Assembly: GCF_004010195.1 (NCBI RefSeq)
Contig: NC_057756.1
Coordinates: 8,361,200-8,395,853, forward strand
Origin: Chiloscyllium plagiosum
Taxonomy: Eukaryota
Direction of reading: 5' to 3'
Length of the DNA stretch: 34,654 nt
Shown here: piece by piece, positions 32,981 to 34,654 of the stretch
Position numbering within the stretch: position 1 is the stretch's first letter
Layout: every line of letters starts with the position of its first letter
The notes under the pieces: generated by a model
Told to the model about the DNA's origin: nothing
Database searches by the model: none
What the model saw: only the letters and a program-made list of their open reading frames with translations
Translations under genes and position numbers: made by a program

Positions 32981-33764
32981 TTTTTTTGGAGCAGGAATTC
33001 CCGTTTTTGAAGCTGTTGCATTGTTTTGGAATGTTGTGAAGGTGTAAGTGTGTGCTGTACCTTTAAGAGAGACTGGCGCGGATGTAGAGGGGCACAGAGT
33101 GCGCTGANNNNNNNNNNNNNNNNNNNNNNNNNNNNNNNNNNNNNNNNNNNNNNNNNNNNNNNNNNNNNNNNNNNNNNNNNNNNNNNNNNNNNNNNNNNNN
33201 NNNNNNNNNNNNNNNNNNNNNNNNNNNNNNNNNNNNNNNNNNNNNNNNNNNNNNNNNNNNNNNNNNNNNNNNNNNNNNNNNNNNNNNNNNNNNNNNNNNN
33301 NNNNNNNNNNNNNNNNNNNNNNNNNNNNNNNNNNNNNNNNNNNNNNNNNNNNNNNNNNNNNNNNNNNNNNNNNNNNNNNNNNNNNNNNNNNNNNNNNNNN
33401 NNNNNNNNNNNNNNNNNNNNNNNNNNNNNNNNNNNNNNNNNNNNNNNNNNNNNNNNNNNNNNNNNNNNNNNNNNNNNNNNNNNNNNNNNNNNNNNNNNNN
33501 NNNNNNNNNNNNNNNNNNNNNNNNNNNNNNNNNNNNNNNNNNNNNNNNNNNNNNNNNNNNNNNNNNNNNNNNNNNNNNNNNNNNNNNNNNNNNNNNNNNN
33601 NNNNNNNAAAGAAATTCTTGGCTTTGCACAGTAATCGATCGTAACCTGCACCTCCATTCTAACTGATTAAAGATACAAAAGCCAGTCAATCCATTGAGTT
33701 GTGTGACCCTTTGATCTTTTCCTGATGTGGGTGTGGGTGTGTCCAATATCTCCCTCTCACACCA

Positions 33765-33865
33765 GTACCTGGTGAAGCATCAGCACTCTGAAAGCTAGTG
33801 TTTTCGAGTGCTATAAACGCATTTGACTATGAGCTGGTGCTGTATGGTTTTTGACCTTGTCCATT
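33765..33865 (+). mobile_element. Degenerate copy of the Penelope-derived arm
   Basis: ACCTGGTGAAG...CTCTGAAAGCTAGTG...GACTATGAGCTGGTGCTGTATGGTTTTTGAC, similar to 28426-28510. Confidence 0.6.
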
Positions 33866-33871
33866 TCTGTG

Positions 33872-34140
33872 ATGGAACTCTGCACTGTTGGAGGTGCCAT
33901 CTTTCAGAGATACATTAAACTGCTCTGTCTGCCGTCTGGGCACTTTGGAAGAGAAGTAGGGAGCAGTTCACCTCTGTGTTCTGGGGCCTATCAATTTCTC
34001 CCTTAAACAACACGGAGTTATTCTAATACAGCTGTTTGTTGTGTGTGAACTGGTTGCTTTATTCCCAACATTAAATCAGTTCAATAAATGACATCTTTCA
34101 GTGGCTGAGGAGCATTTGGGACGTTCGGAGCATGAACGAT
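33872..34140 (+). mobile_element. Decayed Deu-domain SINE (SacSINE1/AmnSINE/SINE3-like)
   Basis: CTGCACTGTTGGAGGTGCCATCTTTCAGA...TTAAAC...GGCACTTTGGAAGAG..AGGG and the tail GCATTTGGGACGT match the recalled DeuSINE consensus. Confidence 0.6.
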
Positions 34141-34224
34141 GAACTCATAACTTTTGCCTCCAGTGTAAGAAAAACAAGGTTAAAGCCACAGAGCTTTTAC
34201 AAGGCTATGCAGTAATTTAAGCTG

Positions 34225-34654
34225 AAATTGTGTTGCTGGAAAAGCGCAGCAGGTCAGGCAGCATCCAGGGAACAGGAGAATCGACGTTTCGGGCATAAGC
34301 CCTTCTTCAGGAATGAGGAAAGTGTATCCAGCAGGCTAAGATAAAAGGTAGGGAGGAGGGACTTGGGGGAGGGGCGTTGGAAATGCGATAGGTGGAAGGA
34401 GGTCAAGGTGAGGGTGATAGGCCGGAGTGGGGCAGGGGCGGAGAGGCCAGGAAGAAGACTGCAGGTTAGGAAGGTGGTGCTGAGTCCGAGGGATTTGACT
34501 GAGACAAGATGGGGGGAGAGGAAATGACGAAACTGGAGAAATCTGAGTTCATCCCTTGTGGTTGGAGGGTTCCTAGGCGGAAGATGAGGCGCTCTTCCTC
34601 CAACCGTCATGTTGCTATGGTCTGGCGATGGAGGAGTCCAAGGACCTGCATGTC
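34225..34654 (-). mobile_element. Penelope-like element 3' end (GIY-YIG C-terminus, 3' UTR, hammerhead-like motif); continues beyond the window
   Basis: DMQVLGLLHRQTIAT*RLEEERLIFRLGTLQPQGMNSDFSSF; CTGAAGA-A-GGGC-TTAT-GCCC-GAAACGTC at 34310-34283. Confidence 0.85.

Noticed and set aside
21852..33746. Long X-containing ORFs (also at 9785-10513)
   Set aside because: Artefacts of N gaps in the assembly

Overview
Vertebrate genomic DNA, almost certainly from a cartilaginous fish (shark), judged from HE1-type tRNA SINEs, shark-type CR1 LINEs and a Deu-domain SINE. It comes from a gapped draft assembly with 7 N-runs. Most of the window is nested retroelement debris (CR1, Rex1/Babar, Penelope-like, RTE, SINEs) plus minisatellites, several visibly amplified from pieces of those elements. 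One intact protein-coding gene is supported: a two-exon, minus-strand GPR139/GPR142-like class A GPCR of 326 aa. Exon 1 (23511-23580) is missed by the ORF track, exon 2 is 14390-15300, and the phase-1 intron is 8210 bp. Other points of interest are minimal hammerhead-ribozyme-like cores in Penelope-derived fold-back inserts, inverted minisatellite-expanded SINEs bracketing GPCR exon 2, and a perfectly homogeneous 51 x 33-bp array. Repeat family names come from recalled motifs rather than a database search, and repeat boundaries are approximate.
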